Shown here: in pieces, positions 37,461-46,783 of the stretch
Layout of the letters: each line of letters opens with the position of its first letter
How positions within the stretch are numbered: the first letter of the stretch is position 1
Assembly: GCA_964487545.1 (NCBI GenBank)
Contig: CAZARI010000005.1
Location: 25,061 to 89,060 of the forward strand
Origin: an uncultured Cryomorphaceae bacterium
GTDB lineage: Bacteria > Bacteroidota > Bacteroidia > Flavobacteriales_D > SKUL01
Direction of reading: 5' to 3'
DNA length: 64,000 nucleotides
Position numbers and translations under genes: made by a program
Notes under the pieces: generated by a model
Told to the model about the DNA's origin: nothing
The model's database searches: none
Seen by the model: only the letters and a program-made list of their open reading frames with translations

Positions 37461-38216
37461 ATGAAAAACGAAGAAGGAAGCAAAATAAAACTGGGTCTAT
37501 TTGTTACGCTGGCCGTGTTGTTGTTTGTAATCGCCATTTATTTCATCGGCAGCCGACAGTATATTTTCACGCCAACCATTTCGGTGAGTGCCGAATTTAA
37601 AGATGTGGCCGGATTGCAGGTAGGCAACAATGTGCGCATTTCTGGAATCAATATCGGTTCGGTAGAGCGCCTCGAAATCATTACCGATAGCACCGTGAGG
37701 GTGGATATGGTGATCAGAAAAAACACACAGCAATTCATTAAAGCAAACGCCCGCGCTACCATTGGCAACGAAGGGCTCATGGGCAACAAGGTCATCAATA
37801 TTATTCCGGGCACAGGGAGCCACGTTATTGAAGCCAATGCACAACTTCAAAGCATCACCCCGGTTAGTGTCGATGACATCATGAACAATCTGAACAAAAC
37901 CATCGACTATGCCAGTATTGTGGCGTATGATATCTCCGAATTAACCGGCGGAATAAGAGAGGGTAGAGGCGCCATCGGAAAACTTTTTGTCGATACTACC
38001 TTTGCTCAAACGCTAGATGCAACCATAAAAAGTGCCGAATCGGCTGCCGAAGGGCTCAACGAAAATATGGAAGCCGCCAAAAGTAATTTCTTACTGAGGG
38101 GCTATTTCAATAGAAAGGAGCGAGAGGAAGAAAAAGCGAGACAAGAAGCAGAAAAGAAACAAAAGGAAAAAGACCCAGATCAAGAGGAAAAGAAGAACGG
38201 GTTTTTGTGGTGGTAA
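37461..38216 (+). CDS. mlaD: MlaD/MCE domain protein with charged C-terminal tail
   Basis: N-terminal TM, then an MCE block (FKDVAGLQVGNNVRISGINIGSVERLEI). The tail is K/E-rich (REREEEKARQEAEKKQKEKDPDQEEKK). Confidence 0.8.
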   Translation: MKNEEGSKIKLGLFVTLAVLLFVIAIYFIGSRQYIFTPTISVSAEFKDVAGLQVGNNVRISGINIGSVERLEIITDSTVRVDMVIRKNTQQFIKANARATIGNEGLMGNKVINIIPGTGSHVIEANAQLQSITPVSVDDIMNNLNKTIDYASIVAYDISELTGGIREGRGAIGKLFVDTTFAQTLDATIKSAESAAEGLNENMEAAKSNFLLRGYFNRKEREEEKARQEAEKKQKEKDPDQEEKKNGFLWW

Positions 38217-38292
38217 ACGCTCAAGTCTGCGCCCTGTTTTCAGTCCAGTCGGTATAAAAATTTCAATGTCTGTGTGAATTATATGTAAATTC

Positions 38293-40167
38293 GTGCAAAA
38301 TGCTGCGTTATTAATCAGGATAATGCGGCTTTTTTTAAAACGCCAGTGTTTGGACAAAGAAGGTGATGTTCACGAACGGTCAGAAAAAATCTTTCCCATT
38401 TGGATATTTGGGCTGATGCTTTTTATGCTCCCACTCACCGTTGCTTCGAATCCACAAACCTATCATGTTCCCGATGAGCTGATCTCAGAAGTGAACAGGC
38501 TCATCTACACGGCCAAATATGACTCTGCCCAACAAGTCACACTTGAGTACCTCAAAAATGAATCCCTGACTGACGAGGAGCGGTTCTTTGGTCATTTTCT
38601 CTATGCCGAAACAATTCGATCCAGTGGCCGACCGGTGGAAGCCGTTAGTGCTTTTAACCTCGTTATCAATATGGCGCACATGATTCCCCAAAACAAGGAA
38701 TTGCTGTCGTTGGGGTACAAAGGTCTTGCTGGAGCATATTTCGCCATTCCGGATTATGAAAAAGCCAATGAATTTGCCGAAAAATCCATCGCTATCTCGC
38801 CCGATTCAACCATTTCAAGTTCAGGTCATGCCACCGTTTACTTAATTACCGGCTACTATCATTTTAACAAAAAAAATTATCCAGAAGCGCACCGGCAGTA
38901 TCTCCTGGCCAAGTCAGAATACCTCAAAGTTGGCGCGCGATGCGAGCTTCCACTGGTATACACTAAAATGGCCGAGCTGTTTAACGAAAAAAACAACGTT
39001 TCGCTTGCCATGGCATATATCGATTCCTCACGGCGGGTAAGTACCTCGTGCGATATTATGCTGTATCGCATCCTCACAGAAGAAACCTGCTACCGCATTC
39101 AACGCAAAAACAGAAATTATAGAGAAGCGGTAGAATCTTCTGAAGTGATCGCTGATCTTCATGATCAGATGCGAATTCACGAACAGCAGATGCGCATGGA
39201 GTCGATGGAAAAGGCGTTTTTGCGCCGACTTCAAGAGAGTGAACTCAATAATCTGCGCAGAATCAATGAGAAAAATAAAACCATTCTCACCAAGCAAAAC
39301 CAGATCATTTGGATTGCGGTGTCGGCCTCGGCGATTATGGGTGTAATGATGGTTTTGCTGTTTATGGCCCATCAACGTCGGCTGCGCGCCATGAAAGAAC
39401 TGGAACAGCTAAATGCCCGATTAGAAGAAAATGTGGTGTCGCGTACCGCTCACCTGGCTGAAGCCAATAAGCGCATCAGCGAACATTCTGAAGTGGTGTC
39501 GCTGCAGAACAAAAAGCTGATGGATTTCTATCACATCATTACGCATAATCTGCGCGCGCCGCTGGCCAATTTAACGGGGTTGATTGCGCTGATTAAACAA
39601 TCTTCCGATGAAAAAGAAAAGCAGGATTTAATGGGGCACATCACGGCATCTGTTAGCAGTATGGACAACACCGTAAACCAACTGCTCGAGGCGATGCAAT
39701 TGTCGGTGCAGAAAGAGGAAGATTCCGGACCATCAGATTTTGCACAGGCATTTGCTACAGCCGCCGAAGGTTTGAATTCGCAGATTGAAATTGCCGGAGC
39801 TGAAATCACAACCGATTTCACCAAAGCTCCGCTTGTAAAGTACCCTGCCCAGCTATTGGTGAGCTTGTTCCACAATCTGCTTTCAAATTCATTAAAATAC
39901 CGCTCGCCCAGCCGAAAACCGCAGGTCAATGTTCGCTCCTTTGAAGAAGAGGGCAACGTAGTGCTCCGATTTGAAGATAACGGCCTGGGAATGGACCTTG
40001 AAAAATACGGCGATCGCTTATTCAGGGCCGGACGCGTGTTTCATCAACACCCTGAGGCAAAGGGAATTGGATTATACATGACCCACATGCAAATGGTGAG
40101 CTACGGTGGCAATATTCGCGCAGAAAGTAAGCCAGACCAGGGCACTACTTTTATCGTAACTTTTTAA
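38293..40167 (+). CDS. orphan sensor histidine kinase with N-terminal TPR-like repeats, one TM and a coiled coil
   Basis: H box FYHIITHNLRAPLANL, N box NLLSNSLKY, and G boxes DNGLGMD and GIGLYM. The upstream ~300 aa are TPR-like and a TM helix sits at IIWIAVSASAIMGVMMVLLFM. GTG 38293 is uncertain; the in-frame ATG at 38323 is an alternative. Confidence 0.75.
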   Translation: MQNAALLIRIMRLFLKRQCLDKEGDVHERSEKIFPIWIFGLMLFMLPLTVASNPQTYHVPDELISEVNRLIYTAKYDSAQQVTLEYLKNESLTDEERFFGHFLYAETIRSSGRPVEAVSAFNLVINMAHMIPQNKELLSLGYKGLAGAYFAIPDYEKANEFAEKSIAISPDSTISSSGHATVYLITGYYHFNKKNYPEAHRQYLLAKSEYLKVGARCELPLVYTKMAELFNEKNNVSLAMAYIDSSRRVSTSCDIMLYRILTEETCYRIQRKNRNYREAVESSEVIADLHDQMRIHEQQMRMESMEKAFLRRLQESELNNLRRINEKNKTILTKQNQIIWIAVSASAIMGVMMVLLFMAHQRRLRAMKELEQLNARLEENVVSRTAHLAEANKRISEHSEVVSLQNKKLMDFYHIITHNLRAPLANLTGLIALIKQSSDEKEKQDLMGHITASVSSMDNTVNQLLEAMQLSVQKEEDSGPSDFAQAFATAAEGLNSQIEIAGAEITTDFTKAPLVKYPAQLLVSLFHNLLSNSLKYRSPSRKPQVNVRSFEEEGNVVLRFEDNGLGMDLEKYGDRLFRAGRVFHQHPEAKGIGLYMTHMQMVSYGGNIRAESKPDQGTTFIVTF

Positions 40168-40243
40168 GGGGTAACGCGTTCAATTGATTAAACTTTAAAA
40201 TAAACCCGCGGTGGGTGGCGTTTGTTAATAGTTAAAACAAATC

Positions 40244-40951
40244 ATGGACAAACCCGATTTTACAGGAATAAAAGCAGTACTGGTTAATTGCACGTTAAAG
40301 CGTTCTCCTGACACAAGCCATACTCGCGGGCTGATGGATCTTGCTGCTGGAATCATGAAAAGAGAAGGTGTTCAGATAGATTTCATTCGAATGGCCGACC
40401 ACGACGTAGCCACCGGAATCTATCCCGACATGACGGCCCACGGCTGGAGCACCGACGAATGGCCCGAGTTATTTCAAAAAATTATTGCCGCTGATATTTT
40501 GGTTATTGGAAGTCCCATCTGGTTAGGCCAGATTTCGTCTGAAGCAAGAAAATTTATCGAACGACTGTACAGCAACAGTGCAGAGTTGAACCCTCGCGGT
40601 CAGTTTGTGTATTACGGCAAAACCGCGGGCTGTATTATTACCGGCAATGAGGATGGAGTAAAACATTGCGCTTCGGATATTTTGTATTCGTTGCAACACA
40701 TCGGCTACGTTGTTCCGCCTCAGGCCGACTGCGGCTGGGTTGGAGATGTGGGTCCCGGACCAAGCTACCTCGACAATGACTCTGGAGCTGCCGACAATGA
40801 TTTTACCAATCGCAACACCACATTTATGACCTATAATTTATTGCACACCGCCGCTATGCTGCGCAAAAATGGCGGTTTCCCTGCTTATGGAAACGTTGCA
40901 GAACAGTGGGACTCCGGCCAACGGTGGGCATTCGAAAAACGAAATTCATAG
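40244..40951 (+). CDS. flavodoxin-like / NADPH-dependent FMN reductase family protein
   Basis: VLVNCTLKRSPDTSHT (FMN phosphate loop type), ADILVIGSPIWLGQISS, and GCIITGNEDG. Confidence 0.7.
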   Translation: MDKPDFTGIKAVLVNCTLKRSPDTSHTRGLMDLAAGIMKREGVQIDFIRMADHDVATGIYPDMTAHGWSTDEWPELFQKIIAADILVIGSPIWLGQISSEARKFIERLYSNSAELNPRGQFVYYGKTAGCIITGNEDGVKHCASDILYSLQHIGYVVPPQADCGWVGDVGPGPSYLDNDSGAADNDFTNRNTTFMTYNLLHTAAMLRKNGGFPAYGNVAEQWDSGQRWAFEKRNS

Positions 40952-40975
40952 AAACAATCAAAAAAACGCAATAAA

Positions 40976-41257
40976 ATGAAAGCTATTTGGAACAATAAAG
41001 TAATTGCAGAAAGCAATGAAACAGTGGAAGTAGAAGGAAACTTTTACTTCCCTGAAAGCTCAATTAACAGAGAAGTACTCAAGGAGTCGAATCATTTTAG
41101 TTTATGTCCGAGAAATGGAAAAGCACGATATTTTCACATTCAGGTCAACGGACAAACAAATAAAGACGCTGCCTGGGTTTACCCTGCACCCCGTCATGCA
41201 AAAGAAATTGAAGGGCGACTCGCATTCTGGAAAGGAGTAGAAGTACTCGATCGATGA
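40976..41257 (+). CDS. DUF427 domain protein
   Basis: 93 aa. VEVEGNFYFPESSINREVLKESNHFSLCPRNGKARYFHIQVNG...AAWVYPAP matches the DUF427 pattern. Its stop overlaps the egtB ATG (ATGA). Confidence 0.7.
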   Translation: MKAIWNNKVIAESNETVEVEGNFYFPESSINREVLKESNHFSLCPRNGKARYFHIQVNGQTNKDAAWVYPAPRHAKEIEGRLAFWKGVEVLDR

Positions 41258-42405
41258 GTTCGCTTGCACGGCTTTTTGCCGACGTAAGAAAAAAAACGGA
41301 AGCGCTCTGTTTGCCGCTTCAACCGGCTGATTACATCCCTCAGCCGGTTTATTTTGTTAGCCCTCCCAAGTGGCATCTGGCCCATACCACCTGGTTTTTT
41401 GAGGAGTTTATTCTCAAAAAATACATCAAAGGATACACGGTTTTCAACGATCAGTTTTCACATCTCTTTAACAGTTATTACAACAGCGTTGGCGAGCGTA
41501 CCGTCCGCGACCACCGAGGAAGCATTACTCGACCTGGGGTGGACGAAGTGTATAGCTACCGACATTTTGTTACCGAACAAGTCCTGAAACTCATCGGTGA
41601 AAATTCGTCGTCCGAGCTATTGGATATCTTGCAGCTTGGCATTAATCACGAGCAGCAGCATCAGGAGTTGTTGTTGATGGATTTAAAATACACGTTGAGC
41701 ATTCACCCTTTTCACCCGGTTTATGATCGCAACGCTGATTTCCCCACAACTGACCATAGCCCAAAAGGGTGGATACAAATGAACGAGGGGATTTATGAAA
41801 TCGGATACAATGGTGATGGCTTTTGTTATGACAACGAACTTGGCGTGCACAAACAATATCTGCACGGATATGAAATTTCTGCCTCTCTTGTCACGAACAA
41901 AGCCTATCGTGAATTTGTTGAAGGGGGTGGATATGAAAACTTTCGTTACTGGCTCGATGAGGCCTGGGCGTGGATACATTCCGAAAAAATTTCAAAGCCC
42001 TTGTACTGGAAAAAAATCGACAACAAATGGTTTCAGTTTACCTTGGCCGGATTGAAACCACTTGCCGACGAGGCACCGGTAACGCATATATCCTATTATG
42101 AAGCCGCTGCTTTTGCACAGTGGATGGGAATGCGCCTGCCCACAGAATTTGAGTGGGAAGCTGCTGCTCCGCAATTGAAATGGGGCGAACGTTGGGAACA
42201 TACTGCCTCGGCATACCTCCCGTATCGCGGCTTTCGAATAGCTGAGGGTGCAACTGGCGAGTACAACGGAAAATTCATGATCAACCAAATGGTGCTGCGA
42301 GGCGCTTCAGTAATCACCCCTTCAAATCACAGCCGTGTGACCTACCGAAACTTTTTTCACCCACAGTTGCGGTGGCATTTTTCAGGAATCAGGCTGGTTA
42401 AATGA
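41254..42405 (+). CDS. egtB: ergothioneine biosynthesis sulfoxide synthase EgtB-like (DinB_2 + FGE-sulfatase fold)
   Basis: DinB-type iron motif HLAHTTWFFEEF and GINHEQQHQELLLMD. FGE-like C-terminal half (YYEAAAFAQWMGMRLPTEFEWE...RVTYRNFFHPQLRWHFSGIRLV). It lies adjacent to egtD. Confidence 0.8.
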   Translation: MSSLARLFADVRKKTEALCLPLQPADYIPQPVYFVSPPKWHLAHTTWFFEEFILKKYIKGYTVFNDQFSHLFNSYYNSVGERTVRDHRGSITRPGVDEVYSYRHFVTEQVLKLIGENSSSELLDILQLGINHEQQHQELLLMDLKYTLSIHPFHPVYDRNADFPTTDHSPKGWIQMNEGIYEIGYNGDGFCYDNELGVHKQYLHGYEISASLVTNKAYREFVEGGGYENFRYWLDEAWAWIHSEKISKPLYWKKIDNKWFQFTLAGLKPLADEAPVTHISYYEAAAFAQWMGMRLPTEFEWEAAAPQLKWGERWEHTASAYLPYRGFRIAEGATGEYNGKFMINQMVLRGASVITPSNHSRVTYRNFFHPQLRWHFSGIRLVK

Positions 42406-42416
42406 TATAAATTATA

Positions 42417-43364
42417 ATGACTGAAACGTTCAAAACAGACGTAGACCAAGGGTTGAGCAGCAACCCGAAAATGTTGCCTTCAAAATATTTTTACGACTTG
42501 CAGGGTGATGAGCTGTTTGTACGGATTATGAATCTGCCGGAATATTACCTGACCCGCGCAGAAATGGAGATTTTCAGTGAGCAAACCGCAGCAATGGTTC
42601 AGGCATTTGAGCTGAAACCAGATCACTCTTTTGAGTTGGTGGAATTGGGAGCCGGAGATGGCTCTAAAACCAAAAAGTTGTTGGCCTACCTGCTCGAGAA
42701 TGGTTATCAGTTTGACTATATTCCCGTGGATATTTCACCCAATGCGCTTGCCGACCTCAAATCATCGCTTCAAAAAGAATTGCCCCAACTTTCGGTTCAT
42801 CCCGTTCAGGGTGATTATTTCGATGTGCTAAGCCGTCTGAGCCATACCGATAAACGGCGTGTGGTGTTATTTCTGGGCTCTAATCTGGGCAATATGAGCG
42901 ATGCCCGCGCCGAACAATTTATTAGCGCGATGTCCAATAATATGAATGAAGGTGATCGACTGCTGCTTGGGCTGGATTTAATTAAAGACCCTGAAATTGT
43001 CATTCCGGCCTATGACGACGCGCAAGGTATTACCGCGGCATTTAATCTCAACTTGCTGCACCGCATTAACCGCGAGCTCGACGGCAATTTTATTCCAGAT
43101 CAGTTTAAGCATGTGGTCACCTACTCTGCCGAAGAAGGGGTAGTGCGCAGTTACTTGCAAAGTACGGCCGATCAGCAGGTGTATATCCAGGCGCTGGATA
43201 AGCGTTTCCATTTTGAACAGGGAGAAAAAATACACACCGAAATTTCAAGAAAGTATAACGATGATCTGGTGAAGCAATTTCTAACCAATACACCGCTCAT
43301 CATTCAAAAAAAACTAACGGACAGCAAAGCTTATTTTGCCGATTTTGTGCTGATGAAGGGTTGA
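42417..43364 (+). CDS. egtD: L-histidine N-alpha-methyltransferase EgtD
   Basis: [53 protein letters not shown] and SRKYN blocks are typical of EgtD. Confidence 0.85.
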   Translation: MTETFKTDVDQGLSSNPKMLPSKYFYDLQGDELFVRIMNLPEYYLTRAEMEIFSEQTAAMVQAFELKPDHSFELVELGAGDGSKTKKLLAYLLENGYQFDYIPVDISPNALADLKSSLQKELPQLSVHPVQGDYFDVLSRLSHTDKRRVVLFLGSNLGNMSDARAEQFISAMSNNMNEGDRLLLGLDLIKDPEIVIPAYDDAQGITAAFNLNLLHRINRELDGNFIPDQFKHVVTYSAEEGVVRSYLQSTADQQVYIQALDKRFHFEQGEKIHTEISRKYNDDLVKQFLTNTPLIIQKKLTDSKAYFADFVLMKG

Positions 43365-43403
43365 TCGTAGCGTTTATTTTTCATCACCCGATTACAAAAA
43401 CCT

Positions 43404-43411
43404 TATCTTTG
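43404..43411 (+). promoter_or_regulatory. candidate -7 box (TATCTTTG)
   Basis: Exact TAnnTTTG match, 60 nt upstream of ATG 43471. Confidence 0.35.
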
Positions 43412-43470
43412 CACTTTTATTTAGTAGGGTCCACAAACTTCTCCGGCCCAAACTCAACCCAAACTTTTAT

Positions 43471-44751
43471 ATGACATTTGAAAATCTCAACCTGAACCCA
43501 TCATTGCTAAAGGCAGTGGAGGGAGAAGGTTATTCCGCGCCTACACCTATTCAGGAAAAGGCCATACCCATAGTTTTACAAGGAAATGATTTGCTGGGCT
43601 GTGCCCAAACAGGAACCGGAAAAACCGCGGCATTTGCCATTCCGATTTTGCAATTGTTGCAAAATGAAACCACGGTGCGCAATGGAAGCAGACGCGGCCA
43701 ACGAAAAATTCGCGCACTTATCGTTACCCCAACGCGTGAGCTGGCCATCCAGATTGCCGAAAGTTTTGAAGCCTACGGAAAACATACCGGACTTACCAAT
43801 ACGGTTATTTTTGGAGGGGTGAAACAAGGCGGCCAAACCAATGTGCTTAACCGCGGTGTGGATATTCTGGTGGCCACGCCGGGCCGATTACTCGATTTAA
43901 TTGGTCAGGGCTTTATCAGTCTCAACGACCTCAGTATTTTTGTGCTTGATGAGGCCGACCGGATGCTCGATATGGGATTTATTAATGATGTTCGCAAGAT
44001 CATAAAACTACTTCCTCCAAAACGACAAACCCTGTTGTTTTCGGCAACCATGCCCGACGATATTGTGAAACTGGCGCAAAGCATGCTCACCAGTCCAAAA
44101 CGGGTAGATATCACCCCCCAGTCCACTACTGCCGAAACCATTGAGCAGGAAGTATATTTTGTAGATAAAAACCATAAAAACGACTTGCTGCTTCACCTGA
44201 TCAAATTGAATGATATGAAGGCAGTGCTTGTGTTTACCCGTACAAAATACGGTGCCGATAAAGTGGTGCGCTGGCTTTCTAAGAACAGCATTCCGGCCGA
44301 GGCCATTCACGGAAACAAATCACAGAATCATCGCCAGCGTGCACTCAATAACTTTAAAAACGGTAAAACCCGCGTGCTGGTGGCAACGGATATTGCAGCC
44401 CGCGGAATTGATGTTGACGGTTTGTCATACGTCATTAATTTTGAGATTCCGAACATTTCCGAAACCTATGTTCACCGCATTGGTCGTACCGGTCGTGCAG
44501 GCGCCGAAGGAAAAGCCATTTCCCTTTGTATGCCCGAAGAAGTGAAAGATTGGCGCGCCATTGAAAAGCTCATCGGGATAAAAGTTCCGGTGATTTCAGA
44601 TCACGATTGGGAGTCGGAAAGTCCGGGTGTATATCGTGCAGCACCAAAAGCCGAAAAAACCCATAACCGGGCAGGTAGCCGTCCCCAGCGTTCTGAAAGT
44701 ACCCCTCGAACGGGGCGAAGAGATCACCGCAACCGCCGGTCGAACCAATAG
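43471..44751 (+). CDS. rhlE: DEAD-box ATP-dependent RNA helicase (RhlE-like) with basic C-terminal tail
   Basis: [25 protein letters not shown] and [10 protein letters not shown] motifs. The tail is R-rich. Confidence 0.85.
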   Translation: MTFENLNLNPSLLKAVEGEGYSAPTPIQEKAIPIVLQGNDLLGCAQTGTGKTAAFAIPILQLLQNETTVRNGSRRGQRKIRALIVTPTRELAIQIAESFEAYGKHTGLTNTVIFGGVKQGGQTNVLNRGVDILVATPGRLLDLIGQGFISLNDLSIFVLDEADRMLDMGFINDVRKIIKLLPPKRQTLLFSATMPDDIVKLAQSMLTSPKRVDITPQSTTAETIEQEVYFVDKNHKNDLLLHLIKLNDMKAVLVFTRTKYGADKVVRWLSKNSIPAEAIHGNKSQNHRQRALNNFKNGKTRVLVATDIAARGIDVDGLSYVINFEIPNISETYVHRIGRTGRAGAEGKAISLCMPEEVKDWRAIEKLIGIKVPVISDHDWESESPGVYRAAPKAEKTHNRAGSRPQRSESTPRTGRRDHRNRRSNQ

Positions 44752-44823
44752 AGAATTTTTCGTCACCGGAAAATCCACAACATTTCTACAGAATTATTAG
44801 CTACAATTGACGAAATTGAAGCC

Positions 44824-45504
44824 GTGAAACTGTTAATTGTTGAAGATAACAACCGGCTGTTGGATACGATTCAGCAAACCTTAAGTGCTGCCGGATTTTT
44901 GTGTGAGATAGCCGATAGCTTTTTGTCCGCTCGCGAAAAACTGGCACTGTATCGTTATGATTTGATTGTGGTAGACATCAACCTGCCCGACGGATCGGGT
45001 TTGGAGTTGATAAAAGCCTGCAAGTCGAACGCACCCGAAACAGGGATTGTTGTTATTTCTGCCCGCAATTCGATCGATAATAAAGTAGAAGGATTAGAGC
45101 TGGGGGCCGACGATTACTTGACCAAGCCCTTCGATATAGCCGAATTGATTGCACGTGTCAAGTCGGTTATTCGCCGTCGCAACTTTAAAGGAGATCAAGT
45201 GGTGTGCAGCAATGGAATTTCGGTAGAAACCCAGGCGCGAGAAGTGTTTGTAAATGATACCTCAGTTGATCTGACCCGCAGCGAATACAACATTCTGCTT
45301 TTTCTATTGTCTAATCCAAACCGCGTGCTCACCAAAGAGAGTATAGCCGAACACATTTGGGGCGACAACATGGACCTGGTGGATTCGTTCGATTTTATCT
45401 ACTCGCACATCAAAAATCTCAAAAAGAAAATCACCGATGCCGGTGGCGCCAATCCGGTGAAAACAGTGTATGGAGTGGGTTACAAATGGGCCGACGAAGA
45501 ATGA
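44824..45504 (+). CDS. OmpR-family response regulator
   Basis: Receiver domain (LLIVEDN...DLIVVDINLPDGSG...KPF) plus a winged-helix output (LTRSEYNILLFLL...VYGVGYKW). GTG start. Confidence 0.9.
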   Translation: MKLLIVEDNNRLLDTIQQTLSAAGFLCEIADSFLSAREKLALYRYDLIVVDINLPDGSGLELIKACKSNAPETGIVVISARNSIDNKVEGLELGADDYLTKPFDIAELIARVKSVIRRRNFKGDQVVCSNGISVETQAREVFVNDTSVDLTRSEYNILLFLLSNPNRVLTKESIAEHIWGDNMDLVDSFDFIYSHIKNLKKKITDAGGANPVKTVYGVGYKWADEE

Positions 45505-46730
45505 AACTGATCAAACGCACATACTTGCTGGCTGCATTTTGGTTGCTTCCGGTGCTTGTGTTAGGAAGCGTGTTCAGCTTTTTTGTGATTCAGTACATCA
45601 ATATTGAAGAAACCGACGAATTTCTAACTTATGAAATGGAACGGTTGCAGAAATATCACAAAGAAAATTACCTGCTTCCAGAGTATCATAAGGTTGCCGA
45701 CATCCTTCAAGATACCTACTATCCCACGCCGATTTTTAAAGACACCATGATGCTCGAACCAGGAGATAATGAGTTGGTGCCACACCGCGAACTGCACTTT
45801 TCTATAAACCACAAGGGCCGCGATTTTGGAATTGTGTTGCGCCACCTGATGCCCGGAAAGGACGACATCGCCGAAGGGGCATTGCTCATTGTTAGCGGCT
45901 TGATGGTGCTGGTGATATTGGTGTTGTGGCTGAGCATTTCATTTGCCAATAAGCTGCTTTGGAAGGATTTTTATCATACGCTGCAAAAACTGGTTCATTT
46001 TCGCATCACACAACCGATTCCGCAACTTCCCGATTCCAATATTCACGAATTTAGGGTACTGAATGAAACAGTGCGAACATGGCTAAAGAAAGTGTCTGAC
46101 GATTACCATCACAACAAGGAATTTAATGAAAATGTCTCACACGAACTACAAACACAGCTCGCCGTCATCCGCACGCATACCGAAAAACTGCTTAACGAAG
46201 CGCATGAAGGCGATAGGCGGCTTCAGGATTTGCAACGTATTTATGAGGCGTCGAACAGCCTGACCCGATTTCAGAAGTCGTTGTTATTATTGAGTAAAAT
46301 CAACAATTTGGAATTTAGCAATAAGGAGCGGGTAAACTTGGCGGAAACCGTAATTGCTACATTGAAAATTTACGAAGATGCAATTGGCGTGCGCGAGGTG
46401 CGGCTCGATTCAGAATTGCATCCCCTGGAGGTGAAAATGGATCGCGGTTTGGCCGAGATCATGATTGGAAATCTGATAAAGAACGCCGTAAAACACAATG
46501 TTCAAAAAGGATTCATCAACATTCAGCTCACAGAGAATGCATTGATTATCGAAAACTCAGGTGCAATCCTAACAGAAAAACCCGAAATGCTGATCGACCG
46601 ATTTAGAAAAGGCAGCAGTGGTGGTCATGGCATCGGACTGGCCATTGTAAAACAAGTTTGTGATATTAATCATTTCGAACTCAGCTACGAATTGACCGGA
46701 GGACGGCACCGGATTTCCATAAAGGTTTAA
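45501..46730 (+). CDS. sensor histidine kinase (two TM, periplasmic loop), partner of the preceding response regulator
   Basis: ATG 45501 overlaps the RR stop (ATGA). H box NVSHELQTQLAVI, N box LIKNAVKHN, and G box GHGIGLAIVKQV. The track start at 45357 lies inside the RR gene and is rejected. Confidence 0.85.
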   Translation: MKLIKRTYLLAAFWLLPVLVLGSVFSFFVIQYINIEETDEFLTYEMERLQKYHKENYLLPEYHKVADILQDTYYPTPIFKDTMMLEPGDNELVPHRELHFSINHKGRDFGIVLRHLMPGKDDIAEGALLIVSGLMVLVILVLWLSISFANKLLWKDFYHTLQKLVHFRITQPIPQLPDSNIHEFRVLNETVRTWLKKVSDDYHHNKEFNENVSHELQTQLAVIRTHTEKLLNEAHEGDRRLQDLQRIYEASNSLTRFQKSLLLLSKINNLEFSNKERVNLAETVIATLKIYEDAIGVREVRLDSELHPLEVKMDRGLAEIMIGNLIKNAVKHNVQKGFINIQLTENALIIENSGAILTEKPEMLIDRFRKGSSGGHGIGLAIVKQVCDINHFELSYELTGGRHRISIKV

Positions 46731-46783
46731 TAAAGTGTATTAGGTTCAAGTACTAAAACGGTGGTAATCGTATCTTTAACGCC

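Noticed and set aside
41254-42405. EgtB-like gene as OvoA (ovothiol) or SenA (selenoneine) synthase
   Set aside because: OvoA carries an extra C-terminal methyltransferase domain, which this 383-aa protein lacks. No senB/senC-type glycosyltransferase or selenophosphate-synthetase-like genes are nearby. The adjacent EgtD instead supports ergothioneine. Alignment-based confirmation is still needed.
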